Notes: generated from the letters alone by a model not told the origin. A stretch of 64,000 bases of DNA from an uncultured Bdellovibrionales bacterium (GCA_964436855.1 CAYTED010000001.1:135059-199058), one strand, 5' to 3'; positions 48,768 through 59,657 are shown, counted from the stretch's first letter. Program-made: numbers and translations.

Positions 48768-49976
48768 TTAGAACTGCGCCGTAATATTGTAAATAGGCAT
48801 AAGAACACCGACCACGAGAATCGCCACACCGATACCGAGAATCACAATGAGAACCGGCTCGATCAGTGATGTCAGGTTTCGCGTCATCACTTCCACTTCC
48901 TGCGTATAAAAATCCGACACGCTTTTCAAGACATTCACTGTCGATCCGGTTTCTTCGCCAATCTTCACCATCTGCGTCACCATCGGAGGAATAATGGGTG
49001 ATGCCGCAAACACCCGACTCATCGACCCTCCCGTACGAACCTCCCCGGCCGCCCGGTCGATTACCTCGCGATACACATGACTCCCGACAACATTTCCCAC
49101 TACATCGAGCGCGCGAACAATCGGGATACCCCCATGAAGAAGCGCCCCGAGATTTTCCGCGAAGCGAATAAGGTACATTCGACTCGCGATCGCTCCGACA
49201 ACCGGGATTTTCAAAGTTATTTCTTCAAGATCGTTTTTACCCGCCGGAGTTCGAAGATAATAAATAATACCGCCGACCACTCCAAGAACACCGATCAACA
49301 CCGCGCCCCAATAATGACTCATAAAGTCTCCGATCCACATCAAAACCTTGGTATACCATGGAACCGCAATTTTCATATCAATAATAATCTGTGTAATTTT
49401 CGGCAAAATAAAGGTAATGACGAGAAATCCGATAATCCCCGCGACAAGAATGACAAAACCGGGATAGAAAAAGGCGCCCTTAATTTTCGATGTCAAATGA
49501 TAATTCTTCTCAATATTGTCAGCGACAAATTTAATTGAACGCTGAAGCCCTCCGGACATTTCTCCGGCCTTTACCATATTGACTACAAGCGGCGAAAACA
49601 CATCCGGATGCCGCTCAAGCGTCTCGGAAAAAGGCATTCCGTCGTCAATATCGTCGCGCATTTCCTGAATAACCACCCGAAGATAATCGTTATCGATCTG
49701 TTCGGCGATCGCGTCAAGCGAACTGGTAACCGGAACTTTCGCCTCAATCAAAACCGAGAGCTGCCGAAAAAACATCGCGAGCTCTTGCGGTTTTACGCCT
49801 TCCCAGAGCTTCTGAAGTTGATGCATCAGAGGAATATTTTTCTTTTCCCCTTCAATCGAAAGCACGATAAGACCGTTTTTCTGAAGAATTTCAGCCGCAA
49901 ACTCCTCGTTGATCGCCTCAACGAATCCTTCACGCACCTCTCCGAGTTCTGTTTTCGCTTTAAAAAAGAATTTCAT
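48768..49976 (-). CDS. pilC: Type IV pilus assembly platform protein PilC (GspF family)
   Basis: Two GspF repeats, each with three TM helices; 402 aa. Confidence 0.85.
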   Translation of the reverse strand: MKFFFKAKTELGEVREGFVEAINEEFAAEILQKNGLIVLSIEGEKKNIPLMHQLQKLWEGVKPQELAMFFRQLSVLIEAKVPVTSSLDAIAEQIDNDYLRVVIQEMRDDIDDGMPFSETLERHPDVFSPLVVNMVKAGEMSGGLQRSIKFVADNIEKNYHLTSKIKGAFFYPGFVILVAGIIGFLVITFILPKITQIIIDMKIAVPWYTKVLMWIGDFMSHYWGAVLIGVLGVVGGIIYYLRTPAGKNDLEEITLKIPVVGAIASRMYLIRFAENLGALLHGGIPIVRALDVVGNVVGSHVYREVIDRAAGEVRTGGSMSRVFAASPIIPPMVTQMVKIGEETGSTVNVLKSVSDFYTQEVEVMTRNLTSLIEPVLIVILGIGVAILVVGVLMPIYNITAQF

Positions 49977-49996
49977 ACTGTTATTGAAACATCATT

Positions 49997-51082
49997 TCAT
50001 ATCCCGGCCTTTCCGACGAGCATTCGGAAATATTCTTGGCTCTTCGCGTATCGATACGCATCTTCCATAGAGACAACCCCGCGCCGAGCAAGATCCGCAA
50101 GCGCTCGGTCAAGCGATACCATTCCTTCTTTCATACCCGTTTCAATCACCGAGTCGATCTGGTAAATCTTGTTCTCGCGGATAAGATTTTCCACCGCGTG
50201 ATTTTTAAACATAAGTTCGACTGCCGGCGCTCGTCCGCCCCCGATCATCGGGAGAAGTCGCTGCGAAATAACTCCGAGAAGCGTACTTGCAAGCTGCGCG
50301 CGAATTTGATTCTGTTGATTTGGCGGAAAAACATCGATAATACGATCGATTGTTTGCGCGCTATCGTTCGTATGAAGTGTCGCAAAAATAAGATGCCCTG
50401 TTTCCGCGGCCGTCATCGCGGTTGCAATCGTCTCGAGATCGCGAAGCTCTCCAAGAAGCACCACATTCACATCCTCGCGAAACACCGCCTTGAGCGCGTC
50501 AGAAAATGATTTCGCATCGCGTCCAACCTCGCGCTGGTTGATAATCGACCGATCCTGAACATACACAAACTCGATCGGATCCTCAATCGTCAAAATATGC
50601 TTCTCCTGATTGCGATTGATATAGTCGATAATGGCCGCGAGCGTGGTCGACTTCCCGTGTCCGACCGGCCCGGTTACCAATACCAACCCTTGCGAATAAT
50701 TTGAAAAATCATAGAGAGCCGTTGGTATATTCAATTCCTCAAGATTGCGAAGACGCTCCATCAGGAAACGCATCGTAATACTCACATATCCGCGCTGAAA
50801 GAAAATATTACAACGAAACCGCGCCCGATCCTCAAAATTATAGGAGAAATCGACATGCCCTTTCTCCATAAGAATTTTCTTTTGTTCTTCGGTCAGGAGC
50901 GTGTTTGAAAACGCAAGCGTATCGGCAGGCGTGAGAATTTTCTCTTTCGTAACCGGACGCAACCCCCCATCCACGCGAAGTGTCGGATATCGGCCCACGG
51001 TAAAATGAAGATCTGACGCCTTCTCCTGACCCACCAGAAGAAGAAGATTTTTCAGGCGTTGTTCAATGTGTGCTGCTTCCAT
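49997..51082 (-). CDS. pilT: Twitching-motility retraction ATPase PilT
   Basis: VLVTGPVGHGKSTTLAAII Walker A; Asp box, His box and AIRNLIRE-like motifs. Confidence 0.85.
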   Translation of the reverse strand: MEAAHIEQRLKNLLLLVGQEKASDLHFTVGRYPTLRVDGGLRPVTKEKILTPADTLAFSNTLLTEEQKKILMEKGHVDFSYNFEDRARFRCNIFFQRGYVSITMRFLMERLRNLEELNIPTALYDFSNYSQGLVLVTGPVGHGKSTTLAAIIDYINRNQEKHILTIEDPIEFVYVQDRSIINQREVGRDAKSFSDALKAVFREDVNVVLLGELRDLETIATAMTAAETGHLIFATLHTNDSAQTIDRIIDVFPPNQQNQIRAQLASTLLGVISQRLLPMIGGGRAPAVELMFKNHAVENLIRENKIYQIDSVIETGMKEGMVSLDRALADLARRGVVSMEDAYRYAKSQEYFRMLVGKAGI

Positions 51083-51192
51083 AAAATACTGTTTTGTTTG
51101 TATTTTTTTCTTCCCCTGTCCTCCGGACTGCTTTCACCGAAACCTCTCCAATCATAAGAAAATTGAGACCATAAGGAAAGTATCGACACCAA

Positions 51193-51621
51193 TCACTTTG
51201 GATCCGAAAAATATCCCGCCACCTTGTCAACCACTTCCGAGGGCGTAAAATGCGACTTGATCAGATAGTCCTTCGCTCCATATTTGAACGCATCTTCCAC
51301 CTGCTGCTTTTCAGAAATATTCGTGAGAAGAATCACCGGAATATTTTTCCACCCCTCCGTCTCCGACATTTTTTTCAAAACCTCGCGCCCATCCATATAC
51401 GGCATCACGATATCAAGCAACATAAGATCCGGTCGCACCCCCTCTTCGAGATGCTTGATCGCCTCGAGTCCGTTACTCGCCGAAATCACCTCATAGCCGG
51501 CATCGTCAAGTTTCACATGATAGATATCGGCAATAAACGGATCATCTTCGACGAGGAAAATTTTCTTCTTCCCCATTGCAAGATCGTCGGTCGTTTCAAT
51601 CATACTCTTTAATTCATACAT
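51193..51621 (-). CDS. Stand-alone CheY-like response-regulator receiver domain (PilH/PilG-like). The start may be the internal Met at 51576.
   Basis: KIFLVEDDPFIADIY...DLMLLDIVMPYMDGREVL...ILLTNISEKQ. The phospho-acceptor Asp and the conserved Lys (KYGAKDYLIKS) are present. Confidence 0.7.
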   Translation of the reverse strand: MYELKSMIETTDDLAMGKKKIFLVEDDPFIADIYHVKLDDAGYEVISASNGLEAIKHLEEGVRPDLMLLDIVMPYMDGREVLKKMSETEGWKNIPVILLTNISEKQQVEDAFKYGAKDYLIKSHFTPSEVVDKVAGYFSDPK

Positions 51622-51671
51622 TCACTCTCTCTATTATGACGAGAGTTTGAAAAAAATTCAAATTCCGCACA

Positions 51672-53441
51672 TTACACCGCTTGCTGCTCAACGGAAGCCG
51701 CTTCGGAGGCGACCCCTTCCGGAGCAGCTTCTTTCGAAGACGTTTCCTCCGGAGAGAGATTTGCCTCTTCCTCGAGAAAAATATTCCCCTCGGTTACCCG
51801 CTCCACTTCCATGAGTGTCGTTAGGCCGGCCATTGATTTCAAAATCCCATCCTGTCGCATGGTTACTATCTTTTGATTCGGCAATATTTTTTCGATTTCG
51901 ATTTCCGATCCCTGCTTGTCCGTAATCACCGCTTTGATTTCATCCGTCACATCAATCACTTCAATAATAGCGACACGCCCTTTATATCCGGTTCCATTGC
52001 ACGCCTCACAGCCCTTCCCGCGATACACAAGAATCGAATCGAGGTTGTCATCAATATCGTATTTCGGAAATTCCTCCTTTGGAACGGAGGAAAGTTCTTG
52101 TCGAATATCTTCCACCACTTGCGAAGAGAGTTCCATCACCTCTTTACATTCCTCGCAAATTCTCCGGACCAATCGCTGCGCGGCAACCGCCTGAATCGAC
52201 GATGCCAGAAGAAACGGTTCCACGCTCATATCGATCAGTCGAGGAATCGTTCCAAGCGCGCTATTCGTGTGGAGTGTCGAGAGCACCAAATGCCCCGTAA
52301 GCGCCGCATGAATAGCAAGCTCCGCCGTTTCGTTATCTCGGATTTCCCCCACCATAATCACATTCGGATCCTGACGAAGAATTGAACGGAGCCCGCTTGC
52401 AAAGGTGTATCCGATTTCCGGTTTGATCTGACTCTGATTCACACCATCGATATAATATTCAACCGGATCTTCGAGAGTGATAATATTCCGTTCTTCCTGA
52501 TTGAGAATTTTTAGGAACGAATAAAGCGATGTGGATTTTCCCGAACCCGTCGGACCGGTGATCAGAATAATTCCAAACGGTTCGCGAATTTTTTTGAGCA
52601 AAATTTCCTGTGCGCGACCCCAAATACCCATTTCGTGAAAATCCGTCGCGGTATCGGTCTTTTCGAGTAAACGCATAACCACCTTTTCCCCTTCCATCAC
52701 CGGAAGCGTCGACACACGGAGGTCGATAATACGCCCACTTTGCTCCGTACGAAACCGGCCGTCCTGCGGCTTGCGTTTCTCATCAATTTTCAACGCGGAA
52801 AGAATTTTGATACGAGATACGACCGCGCGTCCTACATCGATCGGAAACACGAGCGAGGAGTGCAATACGCCATCGACACGAAACCGGACCCGATAATTTC
52901 CCTCGACCGGCTCGATATGAACATCGCTCGCCTTGCCATCAAGCGCGTGTTTGATAATCACTTCCACCAATTTCGCAATCGGCGCATCCTTGAAAAGTTC
53001 CCGATCTTTTTCCGAAATTTTGTCGATTTTTTTTTCTCCCGAATCGACGTCGTCCTTCCCTTTAATCGAAAGAATCGCTTCTTTCAGAGCATCATCCGCT
53101 ACCGTGTACCGTTTTACGATATCCTGAAACGTCCCTTCGGAGGCGAGATACGTATCGATACTCAAATTTTCCTTTTCCGAAAGAAATCGAAGTACATTGA
53201 GCGCATCAAAATCCTGTGGATCAACCATAGCAACCGAAAGAACGTCATCCTTTCGTTCGAATGCGGCCATTTTGTATTTTTCCGCGCTCTCCTGTGGAAT
53301 AAATTCCAAAACCGTTCGAGAAATTTCCCGCGGAGCAACCTCGAGAAACGGGATTCCGAGGCGAGTCGCCTTTTCTCGAACCGAAGAAGCTCCGTCCGCG
53401 GCGTCTTTCGCCGGAGACGTTCTTTTCGCGCTGCGAACCAT
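51672..53441 (-). CDS. pilB: Type IV pilus assembly ATPase PilB (GspE family)
   Basis: N-terminal GSPII_E_N domain, ILITGPTGSGKSTSL Walker A, tetracysteine zinc motif (CEECKEV...CEACNGTG). Confidence 0.85.
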   Translation of the reverse strand: MVRSAKRTSPAKDAADGASSVREKATRLGIPFLEVAPREISRTVLEFIPQESAEKYKMAAFERKDDVLSVAMVDPQDFDALNVLRFLSEKENLSIDTYLASEGTFQDIVKRYTVADDALKEAILSIKGKDDVDSGEKKIDKISEKDRELFKDAPIAKLVEVIIKHALDGKASDVHIEPVEGNYRVRFRVDGVLHSSLVFPIDVGRAVVSRIKILSALKIDEKRKPQDGRFRTEQSGRIIDLRVSTLPVMEGEKVVMRLLEKTDTATDFHEMGIWGRAQEILLKKIREPFGIILITGPTGSGKSTSLYSFLKILNQEERNIITLEDPVEYYIDGVNQSQIKPEIGYTFASGLRSILRQDPNVIMVGEIRDNETAELAIHAALTGHLVLSTLHTNSALGTIPRLIDMSVEPFLLASSIQAVAAQRLVRRICEECKEVMELSSQVVEDIRQELSSVPKEEFPKYDIDDNLDSILVYRGKGCEACNGTGYKGRVAIIEVIDVTDEIKAVITDKQGSEIEIEKILPNQKIVTMRQDGILKSMAGLTTLMEVERVTEGNIFLEEEANLSPEETSSKEAAPEGVASEAASVEQQAV

Positions 53442-53457
53442 AAAGAAGAAGCATTAT

Positions 53458-54282
53458 TTAGAGAAACGGATTCTCCCGTCCATTGGTTGACTTTTCTATC
53501 TCCGGAAGATTTGCTTTCTTTTGAATCATTTCAAGTCCGGAAAAATCCATCATGGATTTCCCAAAAACATCAAGCAAATAGGCGTTTTTCACATTCATCG
53601 GCGATCGATAGTACCGGAATCCGATCGTCATCTCCCCAATCAAAATATCTTCGTTATCAGATGAAGACGCGGCGGCGTTTTTATCATTCGAATTTTCTTT
53701 CTCTTTCTTTTTTATGGAAAAGGATTGAATCTCACTCTCCCGATCCATCTTGTATACCGATTCGAGAAAATTCTGAATACCCGCATACGAACCCACGACA
53801 CTGACATGCGCGGAGTACCTCATCGGCGATGGAAATTCCGGCGCGAGAAGAGTCTGATCGTCGGTATTCGCGGCGGAACCGGCGGCAAAAATCGCCGATG
53901 CGCTCGTCGGGACATTCGGATCAGACACAGCAGCAGTATTTGAATTCATCGACAAGGAAATGGCTGTCAGCGATACCCCCGACTGCCGACTCAAATAATT
54001 GAAAGAGTCGATCACGCGATCCTGATCAAGCGCGTCCGGAAAGTATCGTTCCATAATACCTCCCGCGTTTTCTTCGTTTTGAAAAGACGCTATGACGGAT
54101 TTAATATTTCCCGCGCGACTCTTCACCTGATCCAAATTTCCCCGCAAGGTGCTAATCTCCGTCCGCGCAACGAGAATACTCGCCACTGTCGGCTTAATAT
54201 ACGCAAGTATAATAACAAGCGTCATAATGAGAGCGAACGGGAAAAAAAGAATTTTCAGGCTCATAGATTTTATTGATAACAA
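53458..54282 (-). CDS. PilO-like membrane protein (TM plus coiled coil); assignment by position
   Basis: N-terminal TM (ILFFPFALIMTLVIILAYI) then a coiled coil. Lies between pilN-like and pilB. Confidence 0.35.
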   Translation of the reverse strand: MLSIKSMSLKILFFPFALIMTLVIILAYIKPTVASILVARTEISTLRGNLDQVKSRAGNIKSVIASFQNEENAGGIMERYFPDALDQDRVIDSFNYLSRQSGVSLTAISLSMNSNTAAVSDPNVPTSASAIFAAGSAANTDDQTLLAPEFPSPMRYSAHVSVVGSYAGIQNFLESVYKMDRESEIQSFSIKKKEKENSNDKNAAASSSDNEDILIGEMTIGFRYYRSPMNVKNAYLLDVFGKSMMDFSGLEMIQKKANLPEIEKSTNGRENPFL

Positions 54283-54302
54283 TCACTTACAAACTGAAAA
54301 AT

Positions 54303-54866
54303 TTACCGTTTCGCCTCGGCATTCGATGCGACTCGCTCCATATCGAACACAAAATCAACCGTTCCATCTTTTCCGAGCGAAAGATTGCCCGTCGACACAT
54401 TCAGAAAATTTTTCGACTGCTTGAAAATGTGCATCTGTTCGGCGACATTACGAAACTCCTGCGCCTTCCCAGTAATATGCACCGTATTCTTCTCAAAACT
54501 GTTTTCATATGTCCCAAGCTTCACCTCCGGAATGACCTCCGCGGAAAGAACGGCAAGCTCACTTTTCGGATTGATATCGGGAATGGATCGCTTGGCAACC
54601 ACTTCTTTGGTTTTCACAAAGAAACGAGCGGCACCCTGAATATCCTCTCCCCCGTAGCTCACGCGCTTTTCTTCATCGATCTGCAAAACCAAAGAAGTCT
54701 TCGTTTTTTCGAGACTTTGCAAATAAAAATACACTCCGCCGTAGGAGCCTCCGGCAAGGACCAGAAGAATGAAGGCAATATAAATACTTTTGTCAGCAAA
54801 ACTCGCCCGCGGCTTCAGTTTTTCTTCCGCCACTTTCGCCGACTGTGAAAGATTGATTCCCGGCAT
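54303..54866 (-). CDS. PilN-like membrane protein (start at the internal Met)
   Basis: Short cytoplasmic N-terminus, one TM (IYIAFILLVLAGGSYGGVYFYL), periplasmic domain. Lies immediately downstream of pilM. Confidence 0.35.
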   Translation of the reverse strand: MPGINLSQSAKVAEEKLKPRASFADKSIYIAFILLVLAGGSYGGVYFYLQSLEKTKTSLVLQIDEEKRVSYGGEDIQGAARFFVKTKEVVAKRSIPDINPKSELAVLSAEVIPEVKLGTYENSFEKNTVHITGKAQEFRNVAEQMHIFKQSKNFLNVSTGNLSLGKDGTVDFVFDMERVASNAEAKR

Positions 54867-55026
54867 ATGTTTGTTCTCTTTTTTTCTTTTGATGTTTCTT
54901 TCAAGAAAAAGTATACCACAACTCTCCCATCCGTATCCAGTACGCAAACCCTATCGCTATTCTTCTTTCATTTCCCCCTCAATTTCTTTATCGCTCATTG
55001 TCAAAGATCCGTTATCCGATATTCAA

Positions 55027-56100
55027 TTATTTCTCCTTATCGATTCCCTGCACACCGCCGAGCGCGAGTCCGATCGCCACCGAAAACGATGTTCCCATCT
55101 TTTCCACCATCGGGCGAAGCTTTTCGCTCACCTCCACATTTTTCCACGGATCGCCCCGCTCGACGGAAACACCGAGCGTTTTCGAGAAATATTCCGGAAG
55201 ACCGACAAATTGCGACGAACCTCCGGAAAGAAAGACTTTCTTCACGCTTGATTTCCCTTCCTCTTTCTCGCTGTACGCCTGAACAATCCGTTGGATTTCC
55301 GTTCCGATAACATCGATCGAGGGAAATGTCAGCCCTCCTTCGCCATCCGCAAGAAAGTTTTGTCCGCTCCGTTTCAATTCTTCCGCACGAGCAAACGCGA
55401 TATTCATTCCCTCCGAAAGTGTCCGCGTTATGTCTTTTCCTCCGATCGCGATATTGCGACTCAATTGCACCAAACCATCCTCGATAAGAAGAATATTCGT
55501 CGCGCGAAATCCGATATCGGCGATAATGTGCGCACCGGATTCCTTCCCGACAATGGCGCGCGCCAAAGGAAACGTCTCGAGTTCAAGAAATTTCAGATGA
55601 AGCTTTGCGTCGGCTGCATATTTATTGTATCGGTTAATCTCCTTGTTGAGCGCCGCCACGAGCAAGACTTCGATCTTGCCGACCTTTGCCCCGTCCGGAG
55701 CGGTCACCTCTCGCCTCTTCACAATCTCCCAACTCAACGACACTTCTTCGAGCGCGGAAGGGATATATTTGTGCGCCTCAAACTGAATCGCTTCTTCCAA
55801 TTCTTTGTCTTGCAGATTCGGAAGTTCGATCAGTGTAACCAGACCAACGAAAGCCGGGAGTGCCATATACGCCTCGCGCTTCTCCGGTCTCATTCGTTCG
55901 AGGAGCGCTTTCAAGTAGAGTGTTTCCTCGTCATCGTACGAATGATCCTGATGCACTCGACCCTCCTCAATATTCGAAAGACTCACTTCGGCATAATTAA
56001 CAAGCTTCGCCAGACCGCCGCTTTTCGGTTCAAGCTCGATCGCCTTGATAGACGATGTTCCGAAATCAATCCCGAGAAAAGTTTCCTTTCCAAACAACAT
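55027..56100 (-). CDS. pilM: Type IV pilus assembly protein PilM (actin-like ATPase)
   Basis: FLGIDFGTSSIKAIEL phosphate-1 motif and FtsA/PilM-like length. Confidence 0.8.
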   Translation of the reverse strand: MLFGKETFLGIDFGTSSIKAIELEPKSGGLAKLVNYAEVSLSNIEEGRVHQDHSYDDEETLYLKALLERMRPEKREAYMALPAFVGLVTLIELPNLQDKELEEAIQFEAHKYIPSALEEVSLSWEIVKRREVTAPDGAKVGKIEVLLVAALNKEINRYNKYAADAKLHLKFLELETFPLARAIVGKESGAHIIADIGFRATNILLIEDGLVQLSRNIAIGGKDITRTLSEGMNIAFARAEELKRSGQNFLADGEGGLTFPSIDVIGTEIQRIVQAYSEKEEGKSSVKKVFLSGGSSQFVGLPEYFSKTLGVSVERGDPWKNVEVSEKLRPMVEKMGTSFSVAIGLALGGVQGIDKEK

Positions 56101-56212
56101 ACTCTAGAGAAAATACGATAGGTTTTTGTTTCTGTCCTTCCAATTGTACCTCGAAGAAAAAAATTCGAAAAGCTCCCCCGAAAAATCAACTCCCGAAACT
56201 CTCTCCGGGCTT

Positions 56213-56241
56213 TTGACCGAAAAGGTTTTCTCCGCTACAAT
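56213..56241 (+). promoter_or_regulatory. Sigma-70-type promoter for clpC
   Basis: TTGACC, 17 nt, TACAAT, about 20 nt upstream of the clpC ATG. Confidence 0.45.
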
Positions 56242-56259
56242 CCATCTCCGTGATACACT

Positions 56260-58725
56260 ATGTCTATGGATCCAACCTTCATCAAAAAACTTTCCCGTCA
56301 CGCGAGACAATCGCTCTTCGGCGCCCAAGAAATCGCCCTTCGATCAGGGGAGTCTTCCATCGAGCCCAAACACCTTCTTCTCTCGCTTCTCGCGGAAAAG
56401 GGCGGCTTAGGAGGTCTGATTCTCGAAAATGCCGGTTTCCGAAAAGATCGCCTTGGAGCGCTTCGGCCGACCAAATCCTCGACCAAACCGAAATCAAAAG
56501 AATCGTTCCGAACAATCGATTTTTCTTCCGCGACAAAAAATATCCTCATTCGATCCTTCTCCATCGCGAGCGAACACCACTCTCCCTATGTCGGCACCGA
56601 ACACTTTGCGCTCGCGCTTGCCGAGTCCGGAGATTCGTCGGTCGGTAACTTTTTCTCGGCATTCGGGGTCGAGCGAGACAAAACGGCAACCTCCATTCGT
56701 TCACACTTAAACCTCGAACACTTTCCTCCGCTCTCAAAAATGTTCAACCTTCCCGAAATTACCCTCGCCAAAAAATCCGCGCACACAAAAGAATCAACTC
56801 CTTTTCTCGATCAATACGCGATCGATCTCGGCGCACGCACGGAAGACGAGCCATTTGTCGGACGCGCGGCCGAAACCGAACGCATCCTTCACATCCTCGG
56901 ACGAAAACACAAAAACAACCCCCTCCTCCTCGGTGAACCGGGTGTCGGAAAAACCGCCCTCGTCGCCGCGCTCGCAAGACATATTCGGGAAGATCGTTTT
57001 TCACCGCTTGCCGGCAAGAAAATCCTTTCGCTCGATCTTGCGCTTATCGTCGCCGGAACGAGTTTTCGCGGCGAATTCGAAGCGCGAATGAAAGAAATCG
57101 TCCGCGAAGCGACAAACAATCCATCCGTTATTCTTTTTATCGACGAAATTCACACGCTTGTCGGTGCCGGCAATTCGACCGGCGGACTCGATGCCGCCAA
57201 TATTCTCAAACCCGCGCTCGCTCGAGGCGACATTCGCCTGATCGGCGCAACCACGCTTGTCGAATATAAACGCCACATCGAAAAAGATCCCGCGCTCGAT
57301 CGTCGATTCCAAACCATCCTCGTCCACGAGCCATCAGCCGAAGAGGCGGAACAAATTCTCCTCGAATCAAAATCGTCGTTTGAAGAGTTTCACGACGTTT
57401 CAATCGACGATACCGCGATCAAAACGGCGGTTGAACTCTCCGTCCGATATATTCACGACCGTTTCCTCCCCGACAAAGCATTCGACCTCCTCGACGAAGC
57501 TTCTTCACTCGCAAAACAATCTTCCTTCTCTTCCGAAACACATTCAATCAAACTCGCTCGTCTCGAAGCCGACCGCCGGACACTCCAAAAAGAAAAAGAG
57601 GAAGCTATTCTTGCCGAAGATTACGATCGTGCCGCGATTATCAAAGCGCAAGAGCTCCATATTCAAAAAACACTTTCTTCCCTTCCAAAAATATCAGACA
57701 CATCAAAAACCCGAAAAAAGAGATGGGTTGTTGCTCCGGAACATATTGTCCGCATCCTCTCAAAAACAACCGGCATCCCGATCGAAAAGCTTTCTCCCGA
57801 AAATCGCCAACCATTTTCGGGAGCCGCAAAAAACGCTCTGTACGCCTCGATTCGCGGACAAAAACAAGCGATCGACATCGTCACCAAATCCCTCGTCCGT
57901 TCGGCCGCCGGAACAAGCGACCCAAAACGTCCCCTCGCGTCATTTCTCTTCCTCGGTCCCTCCGGTGTCGGGAAAACCCTCCTTGCCAAAACAATCGCCG
58001 AACATTTTTTTGGAAACGAACATCACCTCGTTCGAATCGATATGAGCGAATTCGGAGAGCGCCACAACATCGCTCAACTCATCGGTTCTCCCGCCGGCTA
58101 TGTCGGCTACGGCGAAGGCGGCAAACTCACCGAAAAAATTCGCCGCGCGCCCTATTCGGTCGTCCTCTTCGATGAAATCGAAAAAGCACATCCCGACACG
58201 ACCAATATCCTTCTTTCCATTCTCGAAGACGGCATCCTAACCGATGCCGAGGGACGTTCGGCGAATTTCCGAAACACGATTATTATTCTCACTTCAAATA
58301 TCGGCACGCATTCATTTACCACCGAAAAAATCGGCTTCGACCGCGCGCGAAAAACGGAATCTATCCGAAACGACATTCTCGACGAACTGAAGAAAACCCT
58401 CCGACCGGAACTCCTCTCGCGACTTGGCGATGTCGTCCTGTTTGATCCGCTCGACGAACAATCGCTTGCGGAAATCGCAACTCTTGAACTCGAAAAGCTC
58501 GCCGCGCGCCTCAAGAAAAACCGATATTCCCTCCGATGGACAAAAACTATTCCCGAACGCATCGGCAAAGAAAGCGCCGAAACAAGAGATGGCGGTCGTC
58601 TCGTCCGCAAAAAAATCGAGAGCGATATCGAACACCAAGTCGCGGAAATTATTCTCACAAAACCGAAAGCGAAAAAAATTCTTCTCTCCGAAAAAAATGG
58701 CACTATCGTCGCCACGACTTCATAG
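56260..58725 (+). CDS. clpC: ClpC-type AAA+ chaperone (two AAA modules, Clp_N repeats, short UVR-like linker)
   Basis: LGEPGVGKTALVAALA and LGPSGVGKTLLAKTIA P-loops. No long ClpB-type M-domain. KLARLEADRRTLQKEKEEAI...YDRAAIIKAQE resembles a UVR motif. Confidence 0.8.
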   Translation: MSMDPTFIKKLSRHARQSLFGAQEIALRSGESSIEPKHLLLSLLAEKGGLGGLILENAGFRKDRLGALRPTKSSTKPKSKESFRTIDFSSATKNILIRSFSIASEHHSPYVGTEHFALALAESGDSSVGNFFSAFGVERDKTATSIRSHLNLEHFPPLSKMFNLPEITLAKKSAHTKESTPFLDQYAIDLGARTEDEPFVGRAAETERILHILGRKHKNNPLLLGEPGVGKTALVAALARHIREDRFSPLAGKKILSLDLALIVAGTSFRGEFEARMKEIVREATNNPSVILFIDEIHTLVGAGNSTGGLDAANILKPALARGDIRLIGATTLVEYKRHIEKDPALDRRFQTILVHEPSAEEAEQILLESKSSFEEFHDVSIDDTAIKTAVELSVRYIHDRFLPDKAFDLLDEASSLAKQSSFSSETHSIKLARLEADRRTLQKEKEEAILAEDYDRAAIIKAQELHIQKTLSSLPKISDTSKTRKKRWVVAPEHIVRILSKTTGIPIEKLSPENRQPFSGAAKNALYASIRGQKQAIDIVTKSLVRSAAGTSDPKRPLASFLFLGPSGVGKTLLAKTIAEHFFGNEHHLVRIDMSEFGERHNIAQLIGSPAGYVGYGEGGKLTEKIRRAPYSVVLFDEIEKAHPDTTNILLSILEDGILTDAEGRSANFRNTIIILTSNIGTHSFTTEKIGFDRARKTESIRNDILDELKKTLRPELLSRLGDVVLFDPLDEQSLAEIATLELEKLAARLKKNRYSLRWTKTIPERIGKESAETRDGGRLVRKKIESDIEHQVAEIILTKPKAKKILLSEKNGTIVATTS

Positions 58726-59461
58726 CCTTTCTCTCTTCATACAACGAGTCGCTCGAAATGCGGCTCGTTTTGTACTGGATCTTTTCTTCCCATTCTTCTG
58801 CGTCGGCTGCAAAAAACAAAACGCCCTCCTCTGCTCTTCGTGTCTTCAAAAAATTCCCTTCCTTGCCGAACACTATTGTCCGATCTGCGAAACACGCATC
58901 ACGCCATTTGGGAAAATCTGCGCCGACTGTTTTGGAAAAACACCTCTCGACGGCATCTTTGCCGCCTCATCGTACAAAAACAAAACACTGAAACATGCCA
59001 TTCATACATTCAAATACCGTTTCGCCCGCTCGATCGCCCGTCCGATTGCCGACCACCTCGCCCGTTCACTCCTTCGATCTTCGCTTCCGCTTCCGGATCT
59101 CATCGTTCCCGTCCCGCTTCATTCGTGGCGACTCCGATGGCGCGGATTCAATCAGGCGGAGGAGCTCGCACTCGCGATGAAAACATTCCTTCTTCCCGGA
59201 AACGAGATTCCGATACGCAACCTCCTCCGACGAACACGCTTCACCCTTCCGCAAATCAAAACAAAAACAAAACAAGAGCGAAAAGAAAATCTCGAAAACG
59301 CCTTCGCGCTCGCAAAACACATTCCGATCGAAACAATCCGAGGGAAACGCATTTGGCTTATCGACGATGTCGCGACAACCGGCACTACGCTTGAAAAATG
59401 CGCCGACATTCTCAAAAAATCCGACGCGAAAGAAGTCTTCGGCGTCGTAGTTGCTCGATAA
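58697..59461 (+). CDS. comFC: ComF family protein (ComFC-like phosphoribosyltransferase with N-terminal zinc ribbon)
   Basis: CVGCKKQNALLCSSC...CPICETRI...CADC zinc-finger cluster. C-terminal PRTase motif IWLIDDVATTGTTL. The 5' end overlaps clpC by 29 nt. Confidence 0.7.
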   Translation: MALSSPRLHSLSLFIQRVARNAARFVLDLFFPFFCVGCKKQNALLCSSCLQKIPFLAEHYCPICETRITPFGKICADCFGKTPLDGIFAASSYKNKTLKHAIHTFKYRFARSIARPIADHLARSLLRSSLPLPDLIVPVPLHSWRLRWRGFNQAEELALAMKTFLLPGNEIPIRNLLRRTRFTLPQIKTKTKQERKENLENAFALAKHIPIETIRGKRIWLIDDVATTGTTLEKCADILKKSDAKEVFGVVVAR

Positions 59462-59657
59462 AATCGGTCGGTGCATAACTCATTATGTCCAACCCTTTAC
59501 AGAAAAATTCCGAAGGAGTATACCAAAGGAAGAATCTCTACCAAGAGAGTCTCAAGAAAAGTGAGGGCTTCAGAAGGTAACAAGAGCGCCTCACCCGTCA
59601 AAAACAAAAAGTCCCTTCAAAATCAAAAACAACCAACAATCGACAAGGAGAGTCATC

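Noticed and set aside
57257-58045. 262-aa plus-strand ORF inside clpC in another frame
   Set aside because: It overlaps the conserved AAA+ modules of clpC. Ser/Pro/Lys-rich junk translation.
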